Of a stretch of 64,000 nt of DNA, positions 28,015-40,859 are shown piece after piece (positions within the stretch are counted from its first letter, which is position 1; each line of letters opens with the position of its first letter). A model generated the notes under the pieces. The model had not been told where the DNA came from. It made no database searches and saw nothing but the letters and a program-made list of their open reading frames with translations. The position numbers and the translations under genes were made by a program. This stretch comes from the human T2T-CHM13v2.0 reference genome, Homo sapiens: NCBI RefSeq assembly GCF_009914755.1, contig NC_060947.1. One strand, given 5' to 3'.

Positions 28015-29846
28015 TTTTAAAATTGTACTTTAAGTTCTGGGATACATGTGCAGAACGTGCAGGTTTGTTACATAGGTATACAAACCATGGTGGTTTGCTG
28101 CACCCATAAACCCGTCACCTACACTAGGTATTTCTCCTAATGCTATCCCTCCCCTAGCCCCCACTCCCCGAGAGGCCCCAGTGTGTGCTGTTCCCCTCCC
28201 TGTGCCCATATGTTCTCATTGTTCAACTCCCACTTATGAGTGAGAACACGTGGTGTTTGGTTTTCTCTTCCTGTGTTAGTTTGCTGAGAATGATGGTTTC
28301 CAGCTACATCCATGTCCCTGCAAAGGACATGAACTCATCCTTTTTATGGCTGCATAGTATTCCGTGGCGTATATGTGCCACATTTTCTTTATCCAGTCTC
28401 AAATTGATGGGCATTTCGGTTGTTTCCAAGTCTTTGCTATTGTGAACAGTGCTGCAGTCAACATACGTGTGCATGTGTCTTTATCGTAGAATGATTTTTT
28501 TTTGGTCTTGCAAAATCAGTTTTATTGTAATATGCATATATGAAAATTTACCCATGATGCATAGTCGCAATCCTAATTTAACTTGACCTAATTAAACTAA
28601 TCCTAAAGTAACTAATTTTACTTCCATTTTTATTATGTGTGAAAATAAGTTCTTTCTATAATGTTTTGTACTATTGGTCTACTTGCTTGCTTGCTTTTCC
28701 ATCCATTGCAATATTTGGGAATGGATTACAAAAAGATACTTGGATAAGTAGCACTGAAAGCTGTTAAAAACAGAATATCAATTCCTGGAGTATGTTTCTA
28801 TCTGGATGCACACGAATGAAATAATTGAACTCTCAAAGTTCTTTTCACGCCCTTAATTCAATGAAGCAATTCCTGAAGCAACACATTCACATCTCATAGC
28901 TGCTTTACATGTTTCCTTTTGCTAGCCTTCTCTTTTGGACTAAGTTTTCTCCTTACTAATGTCAGTTCAAACTGGTGAGACTTCAGACAAGTGGTTTCTC
29001 AATCCTGATGGCACAATAGAGTGATGTGGGGAACTTTAGAAAAGTTCTGATGATCCGGCCCTGCCCCTAGAGACTGTGATTAAATATTTTGAGTGTATAT
29101 GAACCACTTGGTTATTTGGTTACTATGTCATCAAAGCAGGTTAAAAACGAGGGGAAAAGCCATTTTTTTCTTCAGCCTGGCTATCTTGACAACTAACAAA
29201 TTATTTTTTAACCCCAAAAGAAAAGAAAAATGGGACCAAAGATATTTTTACTTTTAGTAAATAAAGCGCATCAACTCTCAAAAGGTGCTTGGCCCTTTAA
29301 ACGGCATGGCAATGCACAGAAAGACAGTTGGGTGAGGCTGCATGCCCTTCATATCCATTTCAACACCTACCTCGGGTCCCAAAATAAATATTTTTAATAT
29401 TGTCTCATTCTGGACTGTTCCAACATGCACTATATCAGCTTGTCTACATATTCTAATGTAACTGCATACAAGTTTCCAGCAGCTCATGTATTTTCTTTTT
29501 TTTTATTATACTAAAAGTTTTAGGGTACATGTGCACAACGTGCAGGTTTGTTACATGTGTATACATGTGCCATTTGGTGTGTCGCACCCATTAACCCGTC
29601 ATTTAACATTAGGTATTCTTCCTAATGCTATCCCTCCCCCCTCCCCCCACCCCAAATCCTTTGGGTATATACCCAGTAATGGGATTGCTGGGTCAAATCG
29701 TAATTCTAGTTCTAGATCCTTGAGGAATTGCCACACTGTCTTCCACAATGGTTGAATTAATTTACATTCCCACCAACAGTGTAAAAGCGTTCCTATTTCT
29801 CCACAGCCTCTCCAGCATCTGTTGTTTCCTGACTTTTTAATGATCA
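28015..29846 (-). mobile_element. 5'-truncated L1PA (about L1PA7-like) host, split by a later insertion (pieces 28015-28497 and 29655-29846)
   Basis: The pieces rejoin as ...gtagaatgattt|aatcctttgggtatatacccag..., contiguous L1 sequence (compare the intact copy at 19809-19842). Confidence 0.85.
28495..29654 (-). mobile_element. Short L1PA 3' end (29505-29654) carrying a ~1-kb 3' transduction and second poly(A)
   Basis: On the minus strand: L1 3'UTR, A-tract, about 990 bp non-L1 sequence, AATAAA (28526-28521), 17 nt, A9. Confidence 0.78.
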
Positions 29847-29879
29847 CAAAATAAGTTAGAGAATGTTACCTCCACTTCA

Positions 29880-32240
29880 CTTTTCAGTTCTAGTATTTCC
29901 ACTTGGTCCTTATTTAGAAATTCTGTTTATCCTCTGAAGTTTTCCATCTGTTCATTCATTCCACTTATTTGCTCCTGTAAGTTCTCTAACATATTTACAA
30001 TAACAGTTTTAATGTCCTGGTCAGAAAACACCAGTATCTGGGTTATCTGTGAGTCTGCCTTTATTGACTATTGTCCTCCCTCCTTATTATGACTATTTAT
30101 TCATTTTGTTATATATGTAGTATTTTTTGGAATGTTGGATATTGTGGATGGCATGTTTTAGATGGTTTTGTAAATAACCTTTATCAGAAGTTACTTTTTA
30201 TTCCTAGTTTGCTAAAAGACTTTTTCTCTCATAAATGGATGTTGAATTTTAGGGTTTTTTTTGCATTTATTGATTTGACTGTATGATTTTTCTCCTTTGT
30301 TTCTGTGGTGAGTTACCTTCATTCACTTTCAAAATGTAAACCAACTTTGCAACGCTGGCATAAACCAAACTACAATAGGGTATATTATCCTTTTAATACA
30401 TCACTGTTTACAATTTTCTAATAGTTTGTTCGAAATTTTGCATCTATATTGATGTGTAAAATTAACCCAAATTTTCCTTTCTCATATTTTCCTTATAATA
30501 TTTTAGTTACAGTATTATTCTAACTTTATAAAAAGAGTTGTAAAGACATCTATTTTCTTCTGTTCTCTGGAAAATGTCATGTGAGATTGATATTATTTCT
30601 TTCTTAAATTTTGATAGAATTACTCAGTGAAGGCATCTGAGTCTTGGCTTTACTTTGTGAGATGGGTTTGAGTTACTTAATAGTTATAGGTCAGTGCAGA
30701 AATTTATCTTCTTGTGTTCTTTTTGGTAAGTTATGTTTCCTAGGAATCTATGTATTTTATTTAAATTTTTAGTATACTGACTTAAAATTATTTACAATAT
30801 CCAATTGTAACTGTTCTGTTTTATGATATATAATGGTAGCTCCTGTCTCATTCCTAATATTGGTTATTTATGCTTTCTCTCTCTTCTTTTGTTTCTTTAT
30901 CCATATTTCTAGTGGTATTATCAATTTTATTAGTCTTTTCATAAAAGAAACTTTCGGTTTCAATAATGCTGTCTGTCAAATATGTCTTTCTTACAGGAAA
31001 TTCTGTTCTTATCTTTGCTTCCTTCTACATTCTTTAGGATTAATTTTCTATTGTTTTTCCAATTCCCTGAGATGGATCCATATGTCATTGATTTTTTAGC
31101 CTTTCCTCTTTTGTGGAATATGCATTTTAAGGACACAAATTTCCCTTACAGTAATGGTTAAACAGTATCCCTTTAAATTTTAAGATGCTATATTTCCATT
31201 TCTCAGTCAGCTCAAAATATTTTCTATTTTACATTGCAATTTTTAAAAATTTGGCCCACAGGTTATTTTAAAGTATACTATGAATTTTAGGGAGATTTTC
31301 TAATTTATTTCTTGTTTTCTAACTTAATGTCAGTGTGGCCAAAAAATACTATAATTGTTTAAAGTTTTTGAGATTTGCTTTATGGTTCAACACATCACGT
31401 ATTTTTCTATGTGCAGAAAAGAATATGTATTCTGCAATTGTTGCATGTGGTTGTCTATATATGTCAATTAGGTCAAGTTTGTTAATATTACTGTCCAACT
31501 CTTCTATATAATTATTGGTTTTCTCTTTTTTGTCTGATATTCTATCAGTTACTAAGGGATATATTTTAAGATCTCTGATTATGATTGTGAATTTATTGGG
31601 CATCAGTAAATTTTTGCTTTGCCTATTTTGAGTGTTAAGTGCATACAAATCAGAATAATTGTATCTTCTTGGTGGATTGCCCCTGTTATCATTATAAAAT
31701 AGCTCTATATTTAGTAAATATTTCTACCTTAAAGTCACCTTTGTCTGGTATTAATATAGCTATATCAGCTTTCTTTTGGGTAGTATCTGCATTCTATACT
31801 TCTTCCATCCTTTTACTTTCAATCTTCCTATATCTTTACATTTTATATATCTCTTATAAACAAGATGTAGATTTTGTATTTTTTAACCATTCTAATAATC
31901 TTTGTCATTTAACTGAGGTATTCAGTCCATTTACATTTATTATAATTACTGATATATTTAACTCTACTATATCACTATTTACTTTCTGTTTGTCTTGCCT
32001 ATTCTGTTATCTTTTCTCTCCTTGCTTTGTTTTGTACTAATATGGTAATTTGTATTATTCAATTTACTCCTTGTTTAATTGTTATACATTCTTTTACTGT
32101 TTTTAGTGATTATTCTATGAATAATAACATATATATATGACATATTAAAGTGTAGCACAAATTAGAGGGTTTATGTTAACTCCATTTATCTTCCTCCCTC
32201 AAGTGCTATTATTGTGTATTTTAATTGCATACACATGCAC
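29880..32240 (-). mobile_element. Old L1M (ME/MC-type) fragments
   Basis: Decayed endonuclease-like translation (IEELDSNINKLDLIDIYRQPH) and T-rich L1M texture. Confidence 0.65.
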
Positions 32241-32262
32241 GCCACATGACATTACTATTTTT

Positions 32263-32445
32263 ATTCATTCATTCATTCATTCATTCATTCATTCATTTAT
32301 AGATTCAGAGCCTCGCTCTGTCACCCAGGCTGGAGTGCAGTGGCATGATCATGGCAAACTGCAGCTTCAAACTCCTGGGCTCAAGATCCTCACCTCAGCC
32401 TCTTGAGTAGCTGGGACTACAGGCATGCACTACCTTGCTTTGCCA
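32263..32445 (-). mobile_element. Alu monomer (FRAM/FLAM/AluJ arm) with (GAAT)n tail
   Basis: Single Alu arm; (ATTC)n at 32263-32296; 15-bp TSD gacattactattttt. Confidence 0.85.
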
Positions 32446-33153
32446 AGACATTACTATTTTTTTAAATATGATCAATGAACATTCAGATCTACCCACATAT
32501 TTAACCTCCCCCCTGCACTTCATTCATTATATATTTCCAAGATTTCATTTAGGATCAGTTTAATTCTGCCTGAAGATCCTTAATATTTCCTTTGGTTTTT
32601 GGTGACAGGTTCCCTAAGTTATGGACCATCTAAAAACATCTATTTTACTTCCATTTTAAAAGGCTGGATATAGAATTTACCAGATAAAATTTTAGGTTGA
32701 CAGTTAATTTTGTCAGCATTTTGAAAATGTAGTTCTATCGTCTTCATGTTGTTTTTTTGAAAAGTCAAAGCCAATCTAATTGCTATTCCTTGAAAGGTAA
32801 TACTTTTTTTTTCTCCAAATGCTTTTAAGACTTTTTTTTCTTTATTTTTTTGGCAGTTCTTACTAAATACACCTAGATGAGGGTTTTTTATTTATTTATT
32901 CTGCTTCGGGTTATGGTACTTTTTGAATCCACGAACTGATGCTTGTGACAGGCAGATTTCTAAGATGACCTCCAGTTACCCTTGCTGTTGTAAAATCTTT
33001 TCCCCTGGAGTGTGAGAGGGATTATGAATATGATAAGGTTTCACTTGCATTATTACATTATGTATATGGGACAGCTGACTTTAAGAAAGGGGAATGGCCC
33101 TTGGTTGGGATTACCTAATGCAGCAATCCTTTGAAAGAGACTGGTCTCTTCTT

Positions 33154-34322
<1,169 letters not shown>

Positions 34323-34645
34323 TTAGTGAAAGAGACTTGAAGCAAGAAAGGGAGTTGATGCCAGGAAGATTTTTCATTGGCTTTGAAGATGGAGATAACT
34401 ACGTGGCAAGTAAGGCAGGCAGTCTCTAGAAGATGAGAGTGAGTTACAGCTGACATGCAGCAATGAAACAGGGACTTCAGTCCTATGGTTACAAGGAACT
34501 GAATTCAGCCAACCTGAATGAGGTTACATGTGGATTGTTAGCCATAGCCTCCAGAAAGGAATGTAGCCTGGCCAACATTGTGATTTCAGCCTTTAATACT
34601 GTGACCAGAGAACTCAGTCATGCCACACCTGGACTTCTGTCCTAT

Positions 34646-35715
34646 TATCGGGGGACCTGCCCCGATAATCACGTGGGTTCTTTTCTAGTTTCCTAAGCAT
34701 CGGCTGGCTTGAGAAATAAAAGGACAGAGTACGAAAGAGAGAAATTTTAAAGCTGGGCATCCTGGGGAGACATCACACATTGGTAGGATCCGTGATGCCC
34801 CACAAGCCACAAAAACCAGCAAGTTTTTATTAGGGAGTTTCAAAAGGGGAGGGAGTATATGACTAGGTGTGGGTGACAGACATCAAGTACTTAACAGGGT
34901 AATAGAATATCACAAGGCAAGTGGAGGCAGGGCGAGATCACAGGACCACAGGACCGAAGCGAAATTAAAATTGCTAATGAAGTTTTGGGCACCACTGTCG
35001 TTGATAACATCTTATCAGGAGACAGGGTTTTGAGATCAACCGGTCTGACCAAAATTTATTAGGCAGGAATTTCCTCTTCCTAATAAGCCTGGGAGCGCTA
35101 TGGGAGACTGGAGTTTATTTCACCTCTGCAATCTCGACCATAAGAGACAGGTACGCCCCGGGGGGGCCAGTTCAGAGACCTACCCCTAGGTGCGCATTCT
35201 CTTTCTCAGGGATGTTCCATGCTGAGAAAAAGAATTCAGCGATATTTCTCCCATTTGCTTTTGAAAGAAGAGAAATATGGTTCTGTTCTGCCCAGCTCAC
35301 CGGCAGTCAGAGTTTAAGGTTATCTCTCTTATTCCCTGAACAACTGCTGTTATCTTGTTCTTTTTTCAGGGTGCCCACATTTCATATTGCTCAAACACAC
35401 ATGCTGTACAATTTGTGTAGTTAACGCAATTATTACAGGGTCCTGAGACGATATACATCCTTCTCGGCTGACAGGATTAAGAGATTAAAGCAAAGACAGG
35501 CCTAGGAAATCACAAGGGTATTGATTGGGGAAGTGATAAGTGTCCATGAAATCTTTACAATTTATGTTTAGAGATTGCAGTAAAGACAGGCATAAGAAAT
35601 TACAAAAGTATTAATTTGGGGAACTAATAAATGTCTATAAAATCTTCACAATCCACGTTCTTCTGTCATGGCTTCAGCCGGTCCCTCCGTTTGGGGCCCC
35701 TCACTTCCTGCAACA
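34646..35715 (-). mobile_element. MER11 (HERV-K11/HML-8) solo LTR, 1070 bp, MER11B/C-like
   Basis: Reverse complement starts TGTTGCAGGAAGTGAGGGGCCCCAAACGGAGGGACCGGCTGAAGCCATG and ends CCCCGATA; 6-bp TSD tcctat/acctat. Confidence 0.9.
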
Positions 35716-35919
35716 ACCTATAGAACTGTTAGCTACTAAATGGATGTTGTTTTAAACCACTAAGTTTGTGGTAATTTGATATGCAGCTATAGAAAAATAA
35801 TGCAATGCTGTATTACTTTTCAAAAATTCCTCATCATCACGTCTTCAAATATTGTTTCTGTACCATTCTCTCTCCTTTTTTTCTAGGACTCCTATTGCAC
35901 ATATATCAGATCTTTACAC

Positions 35920-36875
35920 ATATTAGGTGCCAGACACTGTTAAAGGTGCTGAAAATATATCAGCAACCAAAAATATTCCTATCCTCATGAAGCACCTTTT
36001 AATGACATCCTGATCCCCCCTACACCTAAACTGTTTCCTCCCACAGAGTTCCTCCTCACAGTAAATTCTAGTCTCATTCAACCAGTTGCGTAACTCAAAA
36101 ATCAGTGCTTCAAACTCAATACTTCATTAAAAAAAGTTTTCCCCCCAGTCAATTATCAAGTCATGATAACTTTTATCCCCTAAATGATTCTCAAACTTCA
36201 CCCACCGTAGTGTATCTCTACTTGCCAACATGCCTGTCCAGGCCCATCATTATTTCTCACTTAAAGACTGCAACAGCCTTCTAATTGACCTATCCACTCT
36301 TGCCCTCCCTTCAAACTTTTTGCACATGGTAGGAAGAGTTAACTAAAATATGTCAGTGTGTCACTCCATTTGAATATCTCCCTAGGCTTTTCAATGTAAA
36401 ATCCAATGTCCTTAATGTAATGCCTTCTACTACCTGGTTCTGAGCTACCTCTCAGCCTAACTTCCTGCTACTTACCTCCTTGTACTTTATTGCTTAACCC
36501 CAGATTTACCATGTTCTTTCATATTTGAAGAAACTCATGTTCATGCTCTTTGTTCAAACTGGAAGCCCTTCCCTTCCTATTCTGCCTTTTATTCATCTTT
36601 TAAGAATCAGTCTAGATATCATCTCATCTAAGAAGTCTTCTCTAAACTCCCAGAATAAACCAGTAGCTTTCTTTTGTTCTCTCATAATAGTCTTTATGTG
36701 TTTCTTCTTAATACATTATGTTGAAATGATATGTTTATATGTCTTTCCCCCTAATAATGCTGGATGTTCCTCAATAGGAAGGCCTATCTGTCTCATTCAT
36801 TTTGATACCCTAACATCTAGCATGGTTCCTAGTACTTAGCAGAACTCCATAAATGTTTGTGAAAATTGAATTGAA
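35920..36875. mobile_element. L2 fragments
   Basis: L2 body and 3' end (tagcagaactccataaatgtttgtgaaaattgaattgaat). Confidence 0.65.
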
Positions 36876-38014
36876 TTATTATTCTTCCAGCATCATAGCC
36901 CCTTTAAATCTAAAATGTTTGCTTAATCTTAATGTCTGCTTAAGATATTTTGCTTAAGTAAATAATATTGACTGGGTCAATCCAAAGGTAGGGTATACAG
37001 CAGATCATCAAAAAATTCATCCTTTGCCTATGATATGTTAATCAGCACTCTTTGAATATGGTGATTTAATTAATTAATACATAATTATATTACTTTTATA
37101 ACCCATATTATCTTGTCCAGAAGGTTATCATAAATGACTTATTAGTCTTGCTGAAATTTCATTCATTCATTTAAGATATGTAATTATGTCTGCCATATTT
37201 CCATAAACTACCTCTAATAGCCTTGTCAGAAATAAGAACCAGGTTTGTGTTGAATGGCTTTGTTGATAACTGTAATTTTTTAAGTACTCGCTTATTTGAA
37301 AATTTGTTTTAGAAGCTAACTTAAGAGACATTTAGCTCACTGATTAGAAGATTGAAGACTCCCCCTTTTTCTTTGTTAGCCTCAGTAATATATTTATATA
37401 AATCCAATCTTAAAGCACCTTTCCTATTTTCCTTAATGCCTTCGATTACTGAGAGTAGTTTAGTAATATCAACTGAGTTACAATTTACCCATTCCAGGAC
37501 ACATGTACTTTTTCTTTCTGAGAGTATAGTTAAAATATTGTTCTTGTTGTCTTTACAAATATGCATTTCTACAAGCCTGAGGTAATTTTGGACCTTATCC
37601 TTCCAAATACTAACCCTTTAGGCACATGTCACCAGTTATATTTATCCTTGTGTTTGTGCCCTTTTTCCTATTTCTTATATATTATCTTTTAAAAAAAAGA
37701 AAGTATGAACTCATTGTAAAACTTCCTATGTGGCCCCATGGTTTTCCTCTTTTCTCCTTTAATAGAATAATTTGCTGTTTCATTGTCAAAATTATGTTTT
37801 TGAGAGCTTCCCAACCTTTAGAGTCTAAAGCCATCATAATGTAAATTAAGGTCCAAAAAGTATCAATCATAATAACAGAAACTTTTGGAGATCAGCCATA
37901 GCTAGAAATTCTAGTCAGAGTAGGCAATTACATAATAGGTCAATCTGAATCTTTTCATGGTTATTACTAAGGAAGAAGCATTACCTCCTGAAAGGCTTAA
38001 AGCCAAGAGTGCAT

Positions 38015-38820
38015 TTAGCTCCTGTCAATTTTTCCTTCCAAATGTCTTTCAGATTTGTCCTTCTCTTTCCATTCCTATAGATTCCTTCATCACCTCATAC
38101 CTGGCCTATTGCCATAGACTAGATGGTTTCCTTGCCTTCAGTCCATCCGTATTCCAATCCATTGTCCATACACTATTGCCAGATTAATCTTCTTAAAACA
38201 CTTTCATCATGCCATTCTCCTGCCTAAGACTTAGCTCAAATGTCACCTTCTTCGTAAAATATTCCCAGCTCCCTTAGGAAGAGTTTGCAACTGCCTACTC
38301 AGTGTTTTCACAGGTCTCTGTGCATAACCTTATTAGTGCACTTAAAACATGTATGACAATCATTTCTTTAATTATTTTTCTTACCTCAATTGCTATGAGC
38401 TCCTTGAGGAGAGGCAAAGGTTTGAGCCATCTCTTTACAATTGCACTCAGGGCGTTACATAATCTATCTTGCCCCACCCATGTCAGGACCATCACATATA
38501 CTGCCTTCTCTGCTTACCATGCTCTCCCCTTCATTCTTCCTGCTCGTTCCTTAGGTCTCAGATTAAATATCAATTCATTGAGAAACCTTCGCTGACACTC
38601 TTATTAACTAATTAATTAGTTAATCATTTGAACAAATATTTGTCGGGTGTCTACTTTGTGCTAGACATTGTTTTAGGCACTAGGGATATACCAGTGAACA
38701 AAGAAGACAAAAAGTCTTGCTTTCAAGTTTATCTTCTAGTGGGAGAAGGTAGATAATTAAGTATAAACATAATAAGTTATATATAGTAAGCTATAAAAAA
38801 TAGCAGGATAAAGCAGTGTG
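38015..38820. mobile_element. L2 fragments
   Basis: L2 signatures (acaaatatttgtcgggtgtctactttgtgctagacattgttttaggcactaggg). Confidence 0.6.
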
Positions 38821-38850
38821 CTGGAAGTTGGACTTTGAAACACTTTGAAT

Positions 38851-39252
38851 AAGAAAATGTGGCACATAGACACCATGGAATACTATGCAGTCATAAAAAA
38901 TGATGAGTTCATGTCCTTTGTAGGGACATGGATGAAATTGGAAATCATCATTCTCAGTAAACTATCGCAAGAACAAAAAACCAAACACCACATCTTCTCA
39001 CTCATAGGTGGGAATTGAACAATGAGAACACATGGACACAGGAAGGGGAACATCACACTCTGGGGACTGTTGTGGGGTGGGGGGAGGGGGGAGGGATAGC
39101 ATTAGGAGATATAACTAATGCTAAATGACGAGTTAATGGGTGCAGCACACCAGCATGGCACATGTATACATATGTAACAAATCTGCACATTGTGCACATG
39201 TACCCTAAAACTTAAAGTATAATAATAATAAAATAAAATAAAATAAAATAAT
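38851..39252 (+). mobile_element. Young L1PA (about L1PA3) 3' end with (TAAAA)n tail
   Basis: ORF2 end and 3'UTR with G-rich tract; no TSD visible. Confidence 0.9.
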
Positions 39253-40224
39253 ACAACAGAGCACACACACACACGAAACTCATATCCAGTGGCATTGCTG
39301 AAAACAATAGCAAAATCAGTGGCAAGCAATCAAGGAAGGCCAATATGACAGCTAGCCTAAAGCCTCCATAAAGGTTGTAGAGAGCCACAGGCCAGAAGGC
39401 CTGCCAGCAAGAAATTTAACAGGGATATCCAGGTAATGAGACAGCCAAAGTAGGCCTTGAAAAGTTCTGACATATCACTGGGGGTTTGGCAGACTACGTA
39501 TATTTACAAACTGCACACTTGCTTATGAAAGGTCAGAGTGGATCCTAGATATGCACTTGTCCCTGGGAGAACATGAGTCCTTGTCCACACAGAAAGTAAG
39601 AGTGAGACAGGCTTGTAAACAGCCTGAACTTTGAATTTGTTTCCCATCCCACATGCAGATCCACTTTTCAAAGGGTAGAAACTTAGCCTTACTGGTTAAA
39701 GATTTTAATTGCAATCTCTGACCAACCATTAACTGACCACTAAGCTATGCTGATACAGAGGTAATATTGTCTAAAACGTCCAGTTTTCCTTAAAAAATAT
39801 TAGACATGAGTGTGTATTCCATACATGGGGTGAAAACAGCAGTCAACAAAAACCATTTCTAGGGGCTCAGATGTTGCACACAACAGACAAGGACAAAAAA
39901 TGTACTCAAAGAACAAAAGAACAAAATAAACCATGTTTAATGAATTAAAGGAAATTAGGAGAACAATTACTTAGCACACAGAACATCAACAAAGAGACAG
40001 AAATTATAAAAAAAGAAAAATGGAAACTCTGGAATTGAAGGGTATAATAACTGAAATGAAAAATTCACTAGGGAGACTACACAGATTGCTCTGACAGAAG
40101 AAGGAATCAACAAGCTTAAAGATAGATTAATAGAGATAACTTGATCTGTAGAACAGAAAGAAAAAATTTAAGAAAAATGAACAGAGCTACAGAGACCTGT
40201 GGGATAGCACCGAACACAACAACC

Positions 40225-40616
40225 TGTATTAGTTTACTAAGACTACCATAAAAAAGTGCCACGAACTGGGTGGCTTAACCATCAGAAACATATTATCTCA
40301 CAGTTCTGGAGGCCAGAAGTCTGAGACCATGTGTTGGTAATGTTGGTTCCTTCTAAGGGCTATGAGGGAAAGATATGTTCCAGACCACTTTCCTTGGCTT
40401 GTGGATAGCCATCTTCTCCCTGTCTTCACATCATTTCCCCTCTGCATGTATCTGTCTCCAAATTTTCCCTTTTTATAAGAATATAAGTTAAATAATTTCA
40501 TTTTAATTTGATTACCTCTGTAAAGACCTTATCTTCAAATAAGGTTGCATTCTCAGATATAGAGGGTTATGACTTTAACATACGAATTTTGGAGGGACAA
40601 AATTCAATGCATATCG
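40225..40616 (-). mobile_element. MLT1A/B solo LTR inside an L1M ORF1 remnant
   Basis: tgtattagttt...gaactgggtggcttaac...cacagttctggaggccagaagtc. Confidence 0.8.
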
Positions 40617-40859
40617 TAACATATGAGTCATTGGAGTCCAAGAAAAAGCAGAGAGACAAAAAGGGACAGACAAAATATTTCAAAATATAATTGTCAGAAA
40701 TTTCCCAAACTTGATGAAAAATATTAATCTACACATCCAAGGATCTCAACGCCAAGGATGATAAACACAAAGAAATCTACATACTGAAAAATCACAATAG
40801 GCTGTTGAAAGCCAAAGAAAATAAGCAAGTTTCAAAGAAACAAAAGAAAAAATGAGCAA

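Noticed and set aside
29278-29487. 69-aa ORF in the transduced segment
   Set aside because: No recognisable homology; length compatible with chance.
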